NCBI RefSeq assembly: GCF_009914755.1
Contig: NC_060926.1
Source of the DNA: the human T2T-CHM13v2.0 reference genome, Homo sapiens
Reading direction: 5' to 3' (one strand)
Length of the DNA stretch: 64,000 nt
The notes beneath the pieces are model-generated. The model searched no databases. It saw only the letters and a program-made list of their open reading frames with translations, and was not told the DNA's origin. The position numbers and the translations under genes were made by a program. Shown one piece after another: positions 29,901 through 45,757 of the stretch (its first letter is position 1; each line of letters begins with the position of its first letter).

Positions 29901-30816
29901 ATTAACAATTACGCTTATCTCTTTCATTCCTTAACATTACCTTTGGCTATAAGTGAAGTGACTTGTGGATTCAGCAGCTACACAGCAGCTCAGAACTAAA
30001 TGATCTGCCCCATTTTCGGTAATTACCCAGATGACTTTCCCACACATCTAACTGAGCAAGGTGACCCTGGTCTTGATCAGAGATTAAGTACTTGCTTTAT
30101 TGAGAGACCAGGCTGCTAAACGGACTTTTAAATCTTTCGGCACAAAAGCTTGCCACAGTCTTGGATACGGCGACGCCACATGGAGATTCCTGGTAGGCTG
30201 AGGGTGAAAAGCACAGGCTGTGTTATGTACACTTTTCGGTTTCCACATTTCCTAAATATGTGTGAAATCCCTGAAATTAAGGATTTTAGGCTTCCTAGAA
30301 GGCAAAGATTAAGTAGTTTTTTAAAAAATTACGAAATTTCCCTTTTTATTATTACAAAAACATGGCGGGAGGAGGCATGGGGAGAAATGAAGTAAGACTG
30401 GATTTCTGACTTTCCATCAGTGGCAGAGGTCAAGGGCTTGAACCCAGGGCTGTAAGAGGTGGCTCCACAGCCCTGGGGTCCATCACAGCAATGTTTAGTT
30501 CAGTCCCATCTTATGTGCCTTTGCCCAGGCTGCTTGCTGCCTGGTAAATGACGACCTGCTCTCAAAGGCCTTCTCTAAGTTTTAGACAAATCTGTGCTTC
30601 CTTTATCAAAACTGGATCTGGGAACAGCTACAGTGCAGAAATGCAGCAACGTATCTGCAGGGCAAGCACCTGAATCCAGAGTGTGTATCCTGGGGAAAAG
30701 TTCAACCTATTGGGAATTAGAGTCAGGGCCATAACGGTGTTCCAGATGAGGAGGCAAATAATACATTTGGATGTAGATGACTCAAGAGCCACAGGAGAAA
30801 TGCAAATAAAGTCCTA

Positions 30817-31176
<360 letters not shown>

Positions 31177-31249
31177 TCAAGTTTCTTCCAGTTGGAAACT
31201 GGGGACGGCTTCTTGGGAAAAGAGCACAGGAGTTAGGCCTTGGAGAGAT

Positions 31250-31465
31250 AATAACAACATATAATAAGAAATAATAATGTCCAGCATTACTGGGCATTTC
31301 CCATGAGCCAGGCACTAAGCAGTTTATGTGACTTATCTCATACAACCCTTACTGCAACCCTATGAGATAGTCTTATCCATCACCTCATTGAGAAAACGGA
31401 GGCACACAGGATGAGGAATATGTCCCAGGTCACGTGCCTAGTCAGGAGCAGAGCCAGGACTCAAG
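31250..31465 (-). mobile_element. MIR
   Basis: agcattactgggcattt...ccaggcactaagc...caaccctatgagatag...gagaaaacggaggcacacag. Confidence 0.85.
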
Positions 31466-32284
31466 CTGATGACGAGACTGTTGGGTCAGAGTGCTGAATT
31501 CCTTCAGTGCCCTGCCCTGAGGCCCAGGTGAGGGACTGGGTTCCATGTGCTGTGAGCCTCTGAGTTTAGCATCCTTCCAGGGGGAAGTAAAGAGCAGATC
31601 AGAGAACCCTCACCCCATTGTAGGTTTCCTGTTTGGTTCTGATAACTTTCTCCTTATCAGCAAGGGTGCTCAGAGTTTCATTGCTACATGAGTGGCTCGT
31701 ATAAGAAAATCCTAAAGGAATCAACTGTGCTGCGGGTGTAAAAGTAAAGGCACTCACAGCAAGTCCAGGAACCATTCACTCCTGAGGCTGAGCTCCAGAC
31801 CACACAGTCTTTGGCACCATGGGACAATCACAGAAAGAATCAGGACCCTCAGCTGAGAAAGCTCCTCCCAATCAGCTATGTGGCCAATGCTGAGGCCAAG
31901 GAAATGGCTCGTCCAGGACACGTGGGGTCACAGTAGGGGCAGGGCAGCTTTCACACAAGAACAGGCAAGTCCAGGCCTGGCTCTCAGATGGGTGGCAGGC
32001 AGTAACTGCAGGAGCTGGGCCAGCCCCATGGCTGGCTGGTGGCAAAGGGATGGGCAAGAGAGAGGAGCTGGACAAGAAGGGAGAGGGGGACCCTCCCACT
32101 GTGCCTGTAAAAGTGGGCATACCAAAGAGCACAGCAGCTACTGACTGCCACGTTGTGGCCCTGCTGCATGAAGATCCCTCATGTCCCCTGGCCTCCCTTT
32201 TGGAAAGGAGACACACAGAATTGGCCCTAAATTCTCCACGCTACTGTCTTTAGGAGGGCTTATTTTTATAATTTGCCATTGAAG

Positions 32285-32601
32285 TTTTTTTGTGTTTTTG
32301 TTTGTTTGTTTGTTTGTTTTTTGAGATGAAGTCTCTCTGTCGCCCAGACTAGAGTGCAGAGGCGCAATCTCGGCTCACTGCAAGCTCCGCCTCCTGGGTT
32401 CATGCCATTCTCCTGCCTCAGCCCCCAAGTAGCTGGGACTATAGGCGCCCGCCACCACGCCTGGCTTTTTTTTTTGTATTTTTAGTAGAGACAGGGTTTC
32501 ACTGTGTTAGCCAGGATGGTCTCGATCTCCTGACCTCATGATCCGCCCGCCTCGGCCTCCCAAAGTGCTGGGATTACAGGCATGAGCCACTGCGCCCAGC
32601 C
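32285..32601 (-). mobile_element. AluY with a (TTTG)n tail
   Basis: Y diagnostics; TSD cattRaag. Confidence 0.95.
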
Positions 32602-33497
32602 CATTAAAGCCTTTAACGGAGCCCAAAAAGCTATTTTCCATCCAAGAGTAGGGAGTTGGTGGCTGCCATTTGCTGCCCCTTGTGTCCCATGGCTGCACTG
32701 CACCCTTGCTGTCCCCCAACTCTTTCTGCTCCTGCCTCCAGGCGATGCTTCCAAGAGGCCGACCAATGCAGGAGGCCCCCAGAGGAGGACCCAGGTTTCT
32801 GGCCCTGGCCCTGTGCTTGCTCCTGGAATGGTGCCTGGGGCCAGCTGTCCACCCCTGGGTTCCTTACGCTTGTGAGCCGGGATTCCACTTCCCAGCTTGC
32901 TAGGCTCTTAGGTTTAATGCAAAGGGCACCACACTTGCCTCCTTCTCACTCACTATGTCTCCCTTGAACCACTGCTTTGGCTTCTCCCAATGTCTCCTTG
33001 CTTCCATCCTCCACTCTCAGCTGGAGTGGCCTTTCTATGATGTTTTTCCTATCAGGTCACCTCCACATTTAAGACTTGGCTCCCCACTGCCCTTGGAATA
33101 AAGTCCTAGGTCACTGCCTTAATTACCACACCTCAGTGCACCGAGCCCTTCACAACCTGGCCCAGCCATCTCTCTAACCTCACATGGACCTAGGTTCCCT
33201 CTGCTCCCCGGCCACCCTCCAGCAGGTGGGAGAGTCCCTCAAGCACCAGGCACTGATCAGGTTCTAAAGCTAGACCTGCCATTGGGGTTTTGGGTGTTTT
33301 TGTTTGTTTGTTTTGGTGGGATAGATAACAATCCTTCATTTCAGTTATACCAAGACACTCACAGTTTGCAGAAAGCTGTGTCATGCTGTTCTCCACTTCT
33401 AGGCTCCTCTGATCAGAACACCCTTACCCATTTTTACCTATGAAGTTCATGCCTCATAATACCCCTTTACTAAAGGCTTTTAAGATTCCAGCAAAGT

Positions 33498-33858
<361 letters not shown>

Positions 33859-33971
33859 TCAGGCAAAGAACAAGACTTTATGAGCTTAGCACAGCACTTG
33901 GCACATAGTAGGCCCTCAATACATTCCTGAAAGGATGCATGAGTGAATGATGGACGGTTGTTGCCATCCCT

Positions 33972-34295
<324 letters not shown>

Positions 34296-34909
34296 TGAAC
34301 TAGGGCTTACATCAAATACCCATGTCTCCTTAAGGTGCAACTCCAGCAGCTCTATTCTGCAGGTGGGAATAAAATGTGCTAGCAAGGGACATCGGCAGGC
34401 AGCTCTCAGGGTGTGAGATATTATATGAAGAGACACCAGCAGAGTTGTTTGTTTAGGTCTTGGTTTGCCTGCACTGGAATGGTCTTCCCTTACTGCCTCA
34501 TGGAGTGGTGAGGTCTCCCAGGTTCCCCGAGGTGCAGACATTCTAGGCTCTTCTAGCTGACATCAAAGAGGGATGACAGGCATTGAGGGAAGTGAAGCAC
34601 TTTAAGGACAAAGAGTGAATGGGAGATAAGCTTTCTCTATTTTGTGTATTCTGAAAAGAATGTTGACATGTGCATATTTTTGTAAAATAACATAAAATCA
34701 TTTTGGCAATAAGGGTGTAAGCCCAAGAGACTTGGTCTTGTATCTCAGGAGCTCATGGCAACTTCGTAAACCAAGTTTCCTGAACTGAAGGGATGACCTT
34801 AGGACCCCTGATGGCCCACCCTCACGTGCTGTGGGTGTGAGGGAGTAAGGGAGCCTGAACTCAGGGAGGCTGCTCCCAACAGGAGCCAAGCCAGCTTGTT
34901 CCTCATAGT

Positions 34910-35092
34910 CCAGAGGTTCTCAGAATGGTCTCAGACTAAAAGCATCAGCAACACTCAAAAGTGTCTTAGAAATGCACATCCTCAGACTGTATGCCACCTC
35001 CTGAAGCAGACACTCTGGGATGGGGCCCAGCAAGTTGTGTTTTAAAGCATGCTTCAGGTGTTCTTGTGCCCATTTAGGTTCGGAAAGCGCTG
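34910..35092. mobile_element. MER5A
   Basis: cagaggttctcagaatggtc...gcatcagca...ttagaaatgcacatcctcag...tctgggatggggcccagcaagttgtgttttaa. Confidence 0.85.
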
Positions 35093-35299
35093 CCAGAGTC
35101 CAACCATTGGGCATCATCTTTGGGAACAGAGTTGGGGGCACAGGAGTGGGTTCCACCACTGCAAAGGCACAGTGAGAAGCGAGAAGAGGGTGGAGCAAAG
35201 GGTCTTTCCTGGGCCTTTTCTCTCTCCACTCTCTCAGGTTAATTCACACTCTTGGTTCTAGCTCTTACCTCCTGGAAAGAATCTCTCATCTCTGATTTC

Positions 35300-36200
35300 T
35301 GCCCTTATTTCTTCCTTGAGCTTTCTTCATTCCCCACTAGTCATTTAAATCTGCGGAGCCTATCACTGCTTCAAATCAGAAATATCTAAAACAAAACTCA
35401 CCATCTTCTCCCAGTTTTATTCATCTGACTCCCTGTGGTCATGATTCCCTCCCTCTCCTAATTATTGAACAAGGGCATGCTCTGTGCTGGGAGAGTCTCT
35501 ATTGTCCACGCTATCACTAATTCTCACTCACATATGTTCAGAGCCCGGTGGTTATTTTCTCTTCTCCCTCTTCCACAGGCCCAGTCTGATGGGTTTTCAT
35601 ATAATCTCTCACACCTGTTCTTTCTTTCCCAGGCCCCTGGCCTCTTCACTAGTCAAGACCCTCTTCATCCTAATCCAACTCAAGACATATGTATTTGGTA
35701 CCTAGAAGCTAGAATACCCTGTGTGCCAGGCCCCACTGTAACAAAACAGACTATTAACATGGGCCTTGCTCAGGAGGAATCTGGTTCCTGAAGCACTGCA
35801 GCAATCTATTAATTAACCTTCCTCCAGACTAATCTTTCTAAAATACTGGGAATTCATTCCCCTGTCCTAAGTTTTCTATAATGCATCTCCATGTTGCACA
35901 GAAGGTCAAGTCCAAATTCCTGATCTCCACAAGTAGACCTTCCACAGCCTGGATCTCCCTCTCCAAGCTGACTTTCCAGAACTCCCCAAACTGCCCTCCA
36001 AGTCTCAGGGTCATTCCTGCCTCTGGTTCTTTGACCTCCCATCCTTCTGCCTGGTATGCCATCTTCCCTTCCACCCTGTCTGCAGAAGCAGTTTGCCTTT
36101 CCCTACCTCTCTGAAGCCTTCCTGGGCAGTCGCAGTGTGCAACACTCTCTTCCCCCTCGTCTGGCACGTAGTACATACTGGTCTTTGCTATTAATTGCCT
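35300..36200 (+). mobile_element. Degenerate L2 fragments
   Basis: atatctaaaacaaaactcaccatcttc; ccagactaatctttctaaaa; aagtccaaattcct; cctggtatgccatcttccc. Confidence 0.5.
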
Positions 36201-36379
36201 TTCAATATGTATTCATGTTCCCTAAATTAAACTGCGGGCACACAGCTCTTACAACCAGCGTTTTGTTCCACCTCGAGGAGCCCAGCTTCCATCTGGCAAT
36301 GTCAGCTGGAGCATGGGGCACTGGGCCACAAAACTTTGCTTACCCTTCCATGCTCTGGCTTTTGGCCGTTATCCCTGTA

Positions 36380-36700
36380 TTTTCCTGGAAATCAGCTGTA
36401 ACCACTTCACATTTCAACAGCTGACGTCGTTCTCAACCACAGCCCAGTTCAGCCTGGGGAATGGTGCCCACCGCCTTTATCCAATTCCCAGGGCTTCGGA
36501 GTCGTGGAGCTGCCCATGTGTTCAGCTGAAAAGAGGAGAGGAAGCACAGAGGTCACATGAGCCAGTGGGTCACGTGAGAGGTTCCTACGGCCAGCCCGGA
36601 AGTGGCGGTGTTGCTTCCGTGGGTTCCATTGGCCCACCGGCAGTCACGTGGCTGCCCATAGCAGAAACGTGTGTGGGGTTGCGGGGGAACAATGTGAACG
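36380..36700 (-). mobile_element. LTR33-like old ERVL LTR retaining CpGs
   Basis: ggccagcccggaagtggcggtgttgcttccg...ttccattggccc...cagtcacgtggc resembles the reverse LTR33 segment ggccaggcctggaagtggc...cacttcc...ttccattggccagaactcagtcacatggcc (from memory). Confidence 0.55.
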
Positions 36701-36751
36701 CGTGTGGAGTGACGCTACTGGCTGAAACACTTAGCAATTATTTGGGGGTAA

Positions 36752-37064
<313 letters not shown>

Positions 37065-38789
37065 CTATTTGGGGGTAATTTTCTTAAGGCCAAACACACA
37101 CAGGATAATTTCACGTGTATTTTCAGGTTAAAATACACTTGCGAGTCGTGGCAGCCCAAGGGAGTGACCTCAGTGGGATGTGGGGTTCTGCTTTTGGCCT
37201 AGCTGTGTGTACCCTGGGAACAAAGACTAAATCCCCGAAGTCCACAGAGCTTTTGGTGGGCGGCTAAGTGAGAGCGGAGGCCCCTCGGGCTGCGCAGAGG
37301 CCCAACAGCCCTGGCTGGAAGGTATTTTCTAGCGCATCCCAGGCACTGCCCGTCCTCCAAGCATTGGGTGGATTTCCTCCTAAACCTTCTTAGGGCAGCT
37401 ATTGCAATTATTTGAAACTTTAAATCTAATTGATGTTATACAAACATGAGGAAGACGGGTTATGAGTGAAAAATACATTTTTAAATAATAAAATAAATTT
37501 GATTACTTTGGAAAACTTGGCTAGGGTGAATTGATTAAAAATGATTGTTAAATTGGTTGGTTGTGAGACAATTGTAGGGGAACGGGCTGGGGAGTTAACA
37601 AAAATACAGAAGACTCTGTACTCTGATTGCTTCAAGGTGTCTTAAAACCTAACTACACTGTAAAGAAGCCCGACCTGGAAATCAGCTTTGACGCATTGCA
37701 TATGTGGATTTTGCAGAAGGAACCGCAGAGACTCAGGAAAGGGCCTTGGCCCAAGTTCAAAAGATTGGCAAATATGTGTTTTAAGTTAAAGGGGTTATGT
37801 ATGTATTTTTTTAGAATGATTCCCCACTTTTACTATTTTGATCAAACCACCAGCTAGCTCTCTTTCTAGCAGATCAGATAGACACATACCATATTGGGAA
37901 CACACCTCCATCAGTAGTGTGCTAAAGTTGCTGGGTGTATGGCTGTTTGACTTAGCTCTGCAATTTCTGGGAACACTCTTCCTGGCTAAACAACATGTAC
38001 CTATAGCTTTTAGTACTTTCAGGGTGAGGTTGTGACCACTTTCAAACTAACTCATCCCATATTTACTGCCACCTCTAATTTAGTAAAGGCATACTGCTGC
38101 CCTGGAGGTCTGAGAGTAGCCTGCCTGGGGCTGTTCCACAGATATCAGGAGCAGATGGCAGAGCTCCCCTCTGACTCCCTCTCACATAGCACAGCCTTGG
38201 TGTGGGGGACAGGAGAGGCAGGGAAGAAGGAGAGTAATCTTCAGAAGCATGGGCCCTTCACCCACTACTTTGTGGGTAGAAAGATAAATCCCTGTTAGTA
38301 ACAGATATTTTACTGGAATGAATATGGGTAGAAATGGACATCTTTTCTGTGCGTTCTTAGAGATAAAGATTGGTACTCTGATCTGTTGGAAATAGCAAAA
38401 ACAAAACAAAACAAAAAACAGCCTTCTTGCATGCTCACATAATCAAGAAACCACAAGAAGAAATCTAAACCTGTTAGCAGCTTGCTGGGAGAACCACGTT
38501 GGGGCCAGAGTTATTAATACATTTCAGGGTAAGCCGACCATAGCAGGATGATTTCTTCTTCTATGTTTAAACACCATGCTTTTAAAGAGTCGATTTTTGT
38601 GAAATGGTAAATTATGCAGGGAATGAGCAACCCTTCAACATGAGAGCATTTTACGGAACTGGCCCCACACTGACACACGAAGAGTTGAGAGTTTGTATTT
38701 CCCTCCATTCCTTTGGAAACCTCATGTACCTTGCTTATGCCCTTGCCAAATTTGATCCTGTGTTATAGTTACCTATGTGCTTCTGTATT

Positions 38790-38920
38790 TTCACTGCTAG
38801 AGAGTAAGCTCCTTGAGGTCAGGATAGATCTGAGCCCCCAGACTGTGTAGCAGAGAATGTAAGTGCATGGTAGATGCACAATTCGTGTTTGTGGAATGAA
38901 TGGATGAATGAATGAATGAG
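38790..38920 (+). mobile_element. L2 3' end
   Basis: ctagagagtaagctccttgaggtcagga...catggtagatgcacaa...gaatgaatggatgaatgaatga. Confidence 0.7.
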
Positions 38921-39191
38921 ATGGAAGTGGTAAGGAGATACCATAGATGAAGGAGACTGAACTGTAGCCAACTTCCAAATCACAACCAGCAAACACTGCA
39001 CCCCAAAAACAAGCTCAATATTTTAACAGAAACAATTTTGCCCTTTCCTGTGACCCATGGCAGACACCAGGGCAGGGACAGAGACCTGGGCACTTGGTAC
39101 ATGCCCTGTCTCCCAAGTCAGAATGTGGTGCTAATGAATGGTTGAGCAGCTGCTAAGAAAAGGGTAAAAAAAAAAAAAAAATCCATGGATA

Positions 39192-39514
<323 letters not shown>

Positions 39515-39628
39515 TTACCTCTCCTTTATATCTAATACTATTTATATTTTATATACTTAGATAAAAAGATACCTAATTAATTTCAGTGGGGAATTTTTGT
39601 TATAGGAGACCTTAAAAATAATAACATA

Positions 39629-40036
<408 letters not shown>

Positions 40037-40078
40037 TCATCATCTTACCACCCAAGATTACCACGGTTAACATGCATC

Positions 40079-40399
40079 TTTTTTTGTTGCGTTTGTTTGT
40101 TTGTTTTGTTTTTTGAGACAGGCTCTGTCACTCTCACCCAGGGTAGAGTGCAGTGCTGCCATCCTAGCTCACCACAGCCTCCAACTCCAGGGCTCAAGCT
40201 ATCCTCCCACCTGAGCCTCCCGAATAGCCTCCACTACAGGCATGTACCACTACGCCTGGCTGACATTTTTACCTTTTTTTTGTTTTTTTTTTTTTTGCAG
40301 GGACAAGGATCTCTCTATGTTTACCCAGGCTGGTCTCAAAGTCTTGGGCTCAAGCCATTCTCCCACCTCGGCCTCCCAAGGCATGAGCTACCACAGCAG
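40079..40399 (-). mobile_element. AluJ, diverged, with an internal deletion
   Basis: gagacaggctctgtcactctcacccagg...ggctcaagctatcctccc...cccaggctggtctcaaa. Confidence 0.88.
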
Positions 40400-42420
40400 C
40401 TTAATATCTTGATAACATGGATTTCAGTCTTTCGTCTCTGCGCTGTTTGGTTTCATAATTGGGATCACACTATACATGCAACTTTGTGTGCTGCCCTCTT
40501 TATTTACCTGCTCTATATTTTCAGCATTTCCCATGCCATGATAGTCCTTGGAAACATAATTCTAACAGTTGGCTAATGTTCTGTCACTGGATGTACTGTA
40601 AAGTATTTAACAGTTCTTCTAAGTTTGTACATTGTAAATGGATACTTCCGTTAAAAAAAATTTTATGTATATATTTACATAGTGGGCATTGTGTTCTTTA
40701 TGGCTTCTTATGAGGGTGGCAATCCCTTCCCTCTTCCTTTTGATCCTTTGAGGCAACCACTTTTTAGCCGATGATTATGAATCATGTCTTTTAATAACAT
40801 GCTTATATTGCTGTATCTGAAAGCTTCAGTTTTAGATACTATTGGCATCCTCTACGGAAGGTAAGCATTTAGCTCTTTAACTGCCCCACCCCCACCCCCC
40901 CAGCCTTCAACACCCACACACTCTTCCCATCCTGCTTTCTCCCCAGTTCAGCTGTCTAGTAACTTTGATGCAACCAGCATTCAGCATTTACATCATCATG
41001 TGCATGCATCTTAGTCAGCTTGGGCTGCTATGATAAAATACGACGGACAGAGTGGCTTATTACTCATGGTTCTGGAGTCTAGAAGTCTGAGATCAAGGTG
41101 CTGGCCGATTCAGTTCCCGGTGAGGCTTGCAGATGGCTGTCTTCTTGCTGTGTCTTCACGTGGTGGCGAGAGGGAGCTCTGGGGTCTCTTCTCTAATGAC
41201 CTCATCCAAACCTAATCACCTCCCAAAGACCCCACCTCCTAATACCATCACACTGGAGGTGAGTGCTTCAACATATGAATTTGCAGGGAGATACAAACAT
41301 TTACCATGTAAATTCTATTCACTGCTAAGACACATGATATATTGTGATGGCATTTCTCTTCTTGCCCATCTTTTTGTTTCCATAGAGTTAAAAATTGCTC
41401 AGGATTCCAAGGAATCTATGGAGGAGGCTCAGCAGCAGCTGGATGGCAGAGGCCCGGCTGCTACAGGTGAGCCTACAGGTTGCTGACGATGTGTGTGAGC
41501 TGCAACCACTCCTGGTTCCCTGCACCCACCTTTCCACTGTACATGGCTGCTGCTTCACCTTCACCTTCTCAGTCTCATGCAAGGTGTCTCTTTGGCCAAG
41601 GCTAGTCTGGAACCATTAAGGGAGGAAGTTCTGGGGGACTAGTCATACTCTGTACCCAGTGCACTGTGTCATCTTAGGGTCACCTTTCATCACTCAGATG
41701 AGTTCTTTTGCCTTTTTTCTTTTGCGTTAGATCCCATTTTCTGGGAAGCCCATGTTTTCCTTTTTATTAGCTTATATTCTTGTTTCTGTTGAGCACATCT
41801 TCAGGAACAATTACAGAACAACTGGAATTCATAGGCTGTGAATGTTTTGAGGTCTTGAATGTCTGAAAATGTCTCCATTCCATACCCTTCTTTATTCATA
41901 GTTTGGATGGGCATAAAATTCTAGGTTAGCGATCATGTTCTTTAAGATTTCTAGCCTTCAGTGTTGCCATTGGGAAGTGCCAAGCCATCCTGATTCCTGG
42001 TCTTTGTATGTAATCTGTTTTCTGTTTGTTCTTTTCTCCATAAGCTAATAGGGTCTTTGTTCTCAAATTTCTGAAATTTTATGATGATGTAGCACAGTGT
42101 GGTTCAACTTTCACCCATTGTGTTGGGCGCTCAGTGGGCCCAAATTTTATTGACGAGATACCCACCTTCATTTGCTGCGTCCTCTCTCTATGGAACTGCT
42201 GTTATGAGGATATTGGAGCTCTGGAGCTGGATCTTCTCATTTTTTCCTCTGCTATTTTCTGTTTTTGTTTGTTAGTCTTTTTCCCTCCTCTACTTTCTGG
42301 GAAACTTCCTCACTCACCTTTACTTGAATTCAAAACCCATCTATTGAATCTTTAATTTCTGCTGTAATTTCTTAATTTCCCAAAGCTCTTTTAATTCTCT
42401 AGTCATTCCTTGAAAATAGT
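40400..42420. mobile_element. Old L1M (L1ME-like) fragments interrupted by LTR pieces
   Basis: T-rich decayed L1-like text, e.g. gtctgaaaatgtct...atagtttggatgggcataaaattctaggtt. Confidence 0.55.
41008..41300 (-). mobile_element. MLT1A-type MaLR LTR
   Basis: tcttagtcagcttgggctgctatgataaaata...ctaatcacctcccaaagaccccacctcctaataccatcacactgg. Confidence 0.85.
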
Positions 42421-42422
42421 GA

Positions 42423-42500
42423 GTGTGCATGTATATGTGTGTGCGTGTATGTGTGCATGTGTGTGTGCCATGTGTATGTGCATATGTGTGTGTGTGTGTG
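42423..42500. repeat. Imperfect (TG)n microsatellite
   Basis: Directly visible. Confidence 0.9.
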
Positions 42501-43203
42501 ATTTTACTCTTTTCTTTTAGATGCAACATCTTCCCGTACCTTTCTGAGGACACTAATGCCAGTGTGATTGCAAGTCACTTTCTTCTGTTTTTCGATTCGT
42601 CTGTTTTTGTTTCTGTGTTTCACATTTGAATGTTTACCCAGATATTGGGTTATCTCCCATCATCTTCTCATATTTAAGAGCGGAAGATTAAAAATCTCTT
42701 TGGCAGCTCTGAGGTTTGCTGACTTCAAGCTCTATTTTAGGGTGACACAGCAGAGCCACATCTTTGGGAACTCACATCATTGGTGTCCTCAGGATTTTCC
42801 TCTTGGGCTGGACAGTTTGCTCCCCTGGAGGGTATGAGCCTGACTGCTAGTGGGCCAAGAGCTGCCTGGGAGGAAAGGGTGGGGGGTCTCCACACTTGGG
42901 GTGCCAACATTCCTACCGCCCCTGATTCCCAGCGGTGGCTCTGTCTTCAGGCGTACCTGGCATCCTTCGGTCTTGAGAGCCCCCACAGAATCTACCTTGA
43001 ATCTCCTCCCACGCTCCTTTTCCCCCCAGCCCTGGGATTGCAAAGCAGAAGGAACGGCGGAGAGGGTCAGGGACTCTTGCTTCTTCAGCGGCCCCTCCGG
43101 CACTTCACAGAATGACAATGAAGCCCAAGCTTCTGCTTTTAGCCCCTCCTCCACCCTGCTTTCTCCTCTTTTCCTTAGAAAAAAAAAATTTTAAACTTCA
43201 TTC

Positions 43204-43510
<307 letters not shown>

Positions 43511-44166
43511 TCATTCAGAGAGAGGAACTTTGTATATTCCGGAGGAAAAGTGGCTACAACCTGCCAGGACTCTTTAAAGGGCCGAGTAGGGCGAAACTCC
43601 ATGCTCACCACAGGTGAGTTTAACACCTAACACCTTATTTAAGATTTTGCAGAATTCCAGCCAAGGAGCCTGTAATTGACAACACTGGCTCAGCCCAGTG
43701 GCTGCTTCACATGGTTTCTCTACTTCTAATGACATCAATTTCTCTCATGCCAGTAGTGCCTTCCTTTGGCGAGCAACTATGCAATAAGGACATCCGCTTC
43801 CTTCGGCGCTTGATATCAGCCAGGGGATTAACCTGTGCAGAGGTGACTTGTTAGTCATCAGTTACTGCCTCACCAAAGTGAGGTCAAGTTCACAGCAGGT
43901 TTTTGCAAAGCTACGTTTTTATTGTCAGCATAGGAAGCATTTTCTTACACATGCAATGGATGGTTCACTTTAGAGGCACATCTGACCACTATGAGAGTTT
44001 GTGGGAGGCATCAGTGCACTTGGGTTACAGACAACTGAATAAAGTACAAATACATCATTAGAAAAGCAGAGGGTGTGTGCTCCGGTGACGTTGCAATAAA
44101 GCAATTCTTTGGCATACACATGGTATATGTTTATATTGCAAAGTGCAAGGCAATCTCTTTCCAATC

Positions 44167-44447
44167 TTTTTTTTTTTTTTGAGATGGAGTCTCACTCTGG
44201 GGTGCAGTGGGGTGATCTCGGCTCACTGGAACCTCTGCCTCCTGGGCTCAAGCAATTCTCCTGCCTCAACCTCCTGAGTAGCTGTGATTATAGGCACGCG
44301 CCACCACCCCTGGCTAATTTTTGTATTTTTAGTAGAGACGGGATTTCACCATGTTAGCCAGCTGGTCTGGAACTCTTGACCTCGTGATCTGCCCACCTCA
44401 GCCTCCCAAAGTGCTGGGATTACAGGCATGAACCACCACACCCGGCC
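44167..44447 (-). mobile_element. AluSc/Sg-like
   Basis: TSD ctttccaatc; small internal deletion near the 3' end. Confidence 0.93.
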
Positions 44448-45410
44448 CTTTCCAATCATTCTTAATGGCTTATGCCTATCACCATTTCTGGCTTGTTACT
44501 AAAGTTGGAGTTTTGAAAGTAAATTACAGTTATTTTGCTCCTCATTCTTGAGCGACAATGGAGACATTCCAGTTCTGAGCTTGCTGGATAGTGCAACAAG
44601 CCAGCTGGAGGTTGAATATCTTAAGGACAAAATTTGATATGCATTGTTTACCAACCAGCAAGCCTTTCAGCTCTACAATAAATTGATTTTTTAGTAAGCC
44701 ATTGAAATCCATCAGATTATCTCCTGCTAGATAATAATGGTCTCCCCCATGTGAAGAGACAGGCTTTCTTTCAGCAGGGCTGCCCAACAGCCATTACTTT
44801 AGGAAAATGGAGTTGAGAGACACAAGGATCCTGGATAGGGATGAGGCGAGACACCCACGCTGTGGTGAAGACCAGGTGGCCAAAACCCAATTTGAAAACC
44901 CTGATGTGGATGTGTCCTGGGCCTGTTCTCTTGGAGCAGGACCTCCCTGTAGTTTGCATTCTTCTTCTCTCAGCTTGAACCTCTTTCCTCAGCACCTGTG
45001 GTTCATATCTGTTGAGCAAGGGGGAAGACATTTGTTGTCTGGGTGATGTTCAAAAACACAACTGTGTTCTTGAGCCAGTTTCTATGTTAAGTACAACCAA
45101 GGTCTCACTGGTGACCTTGAACAAAACAGAAGTAACCTTTGTTCTTCTGGCCAGTTCCAAGTCCTCGGAACCTACAGTCACAAGCCACACATTTCTGACC
45201 AGGTTTTCCCATGCCTGGAGCCTGTGTGGGCCTTCCCCAGTTCACTGGCAGAGACCTTGCTGTGGTGTTGCAGGATGCACGTGTGAGAGGCGTGCAGGGC
45301 GCAGAGCCAGACACGGCTCTAGATCCCAGCCCCAGCATGAGTGTGGTGCAGGCAAGTGACTTAATGTCTTTCCTCCTCATTCTCCTCATCTACAAATAAA
45401 GATAGTAATA

Positions 45411-45708
45411 GGCTGGGCGCGGTGGCTCACGCCTGTAATCCCAGCACTTTGGGAGGCCCAGGTGGGCGGATCACGAGGTCAGGAGATCGAGACCATCCTG
45501 GCCAATATGGTGAAACCCTATCTCTACTAAAAATACAAAAATTAGCCAGGCGTGGTGGCACATGCCTGTAATCCCAGCTACTCGGGAGGCTGAGGCAGGA
45601 GAATTGCTTGAGCTAGGAAGTCAGAAGTTGCAGTAAGCCGAGATCACGCCACTGCACTCCAGCCTGGCGACAGAGCGAGACTCCATCTCAAAAAAAAAAA
45701 AAAAAAAA
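45411..45708 (+). mobile_element. AluSc
   Basis: accatcctggccaa and cagcctggcgacag; TSD aaagatagtaata. Confidence 0.95.
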
Positions 45709-45757
45709 AGATAGTAATAGAACTCAGAGAGTTGTGGTGGGAACAAATGTGTTAATA

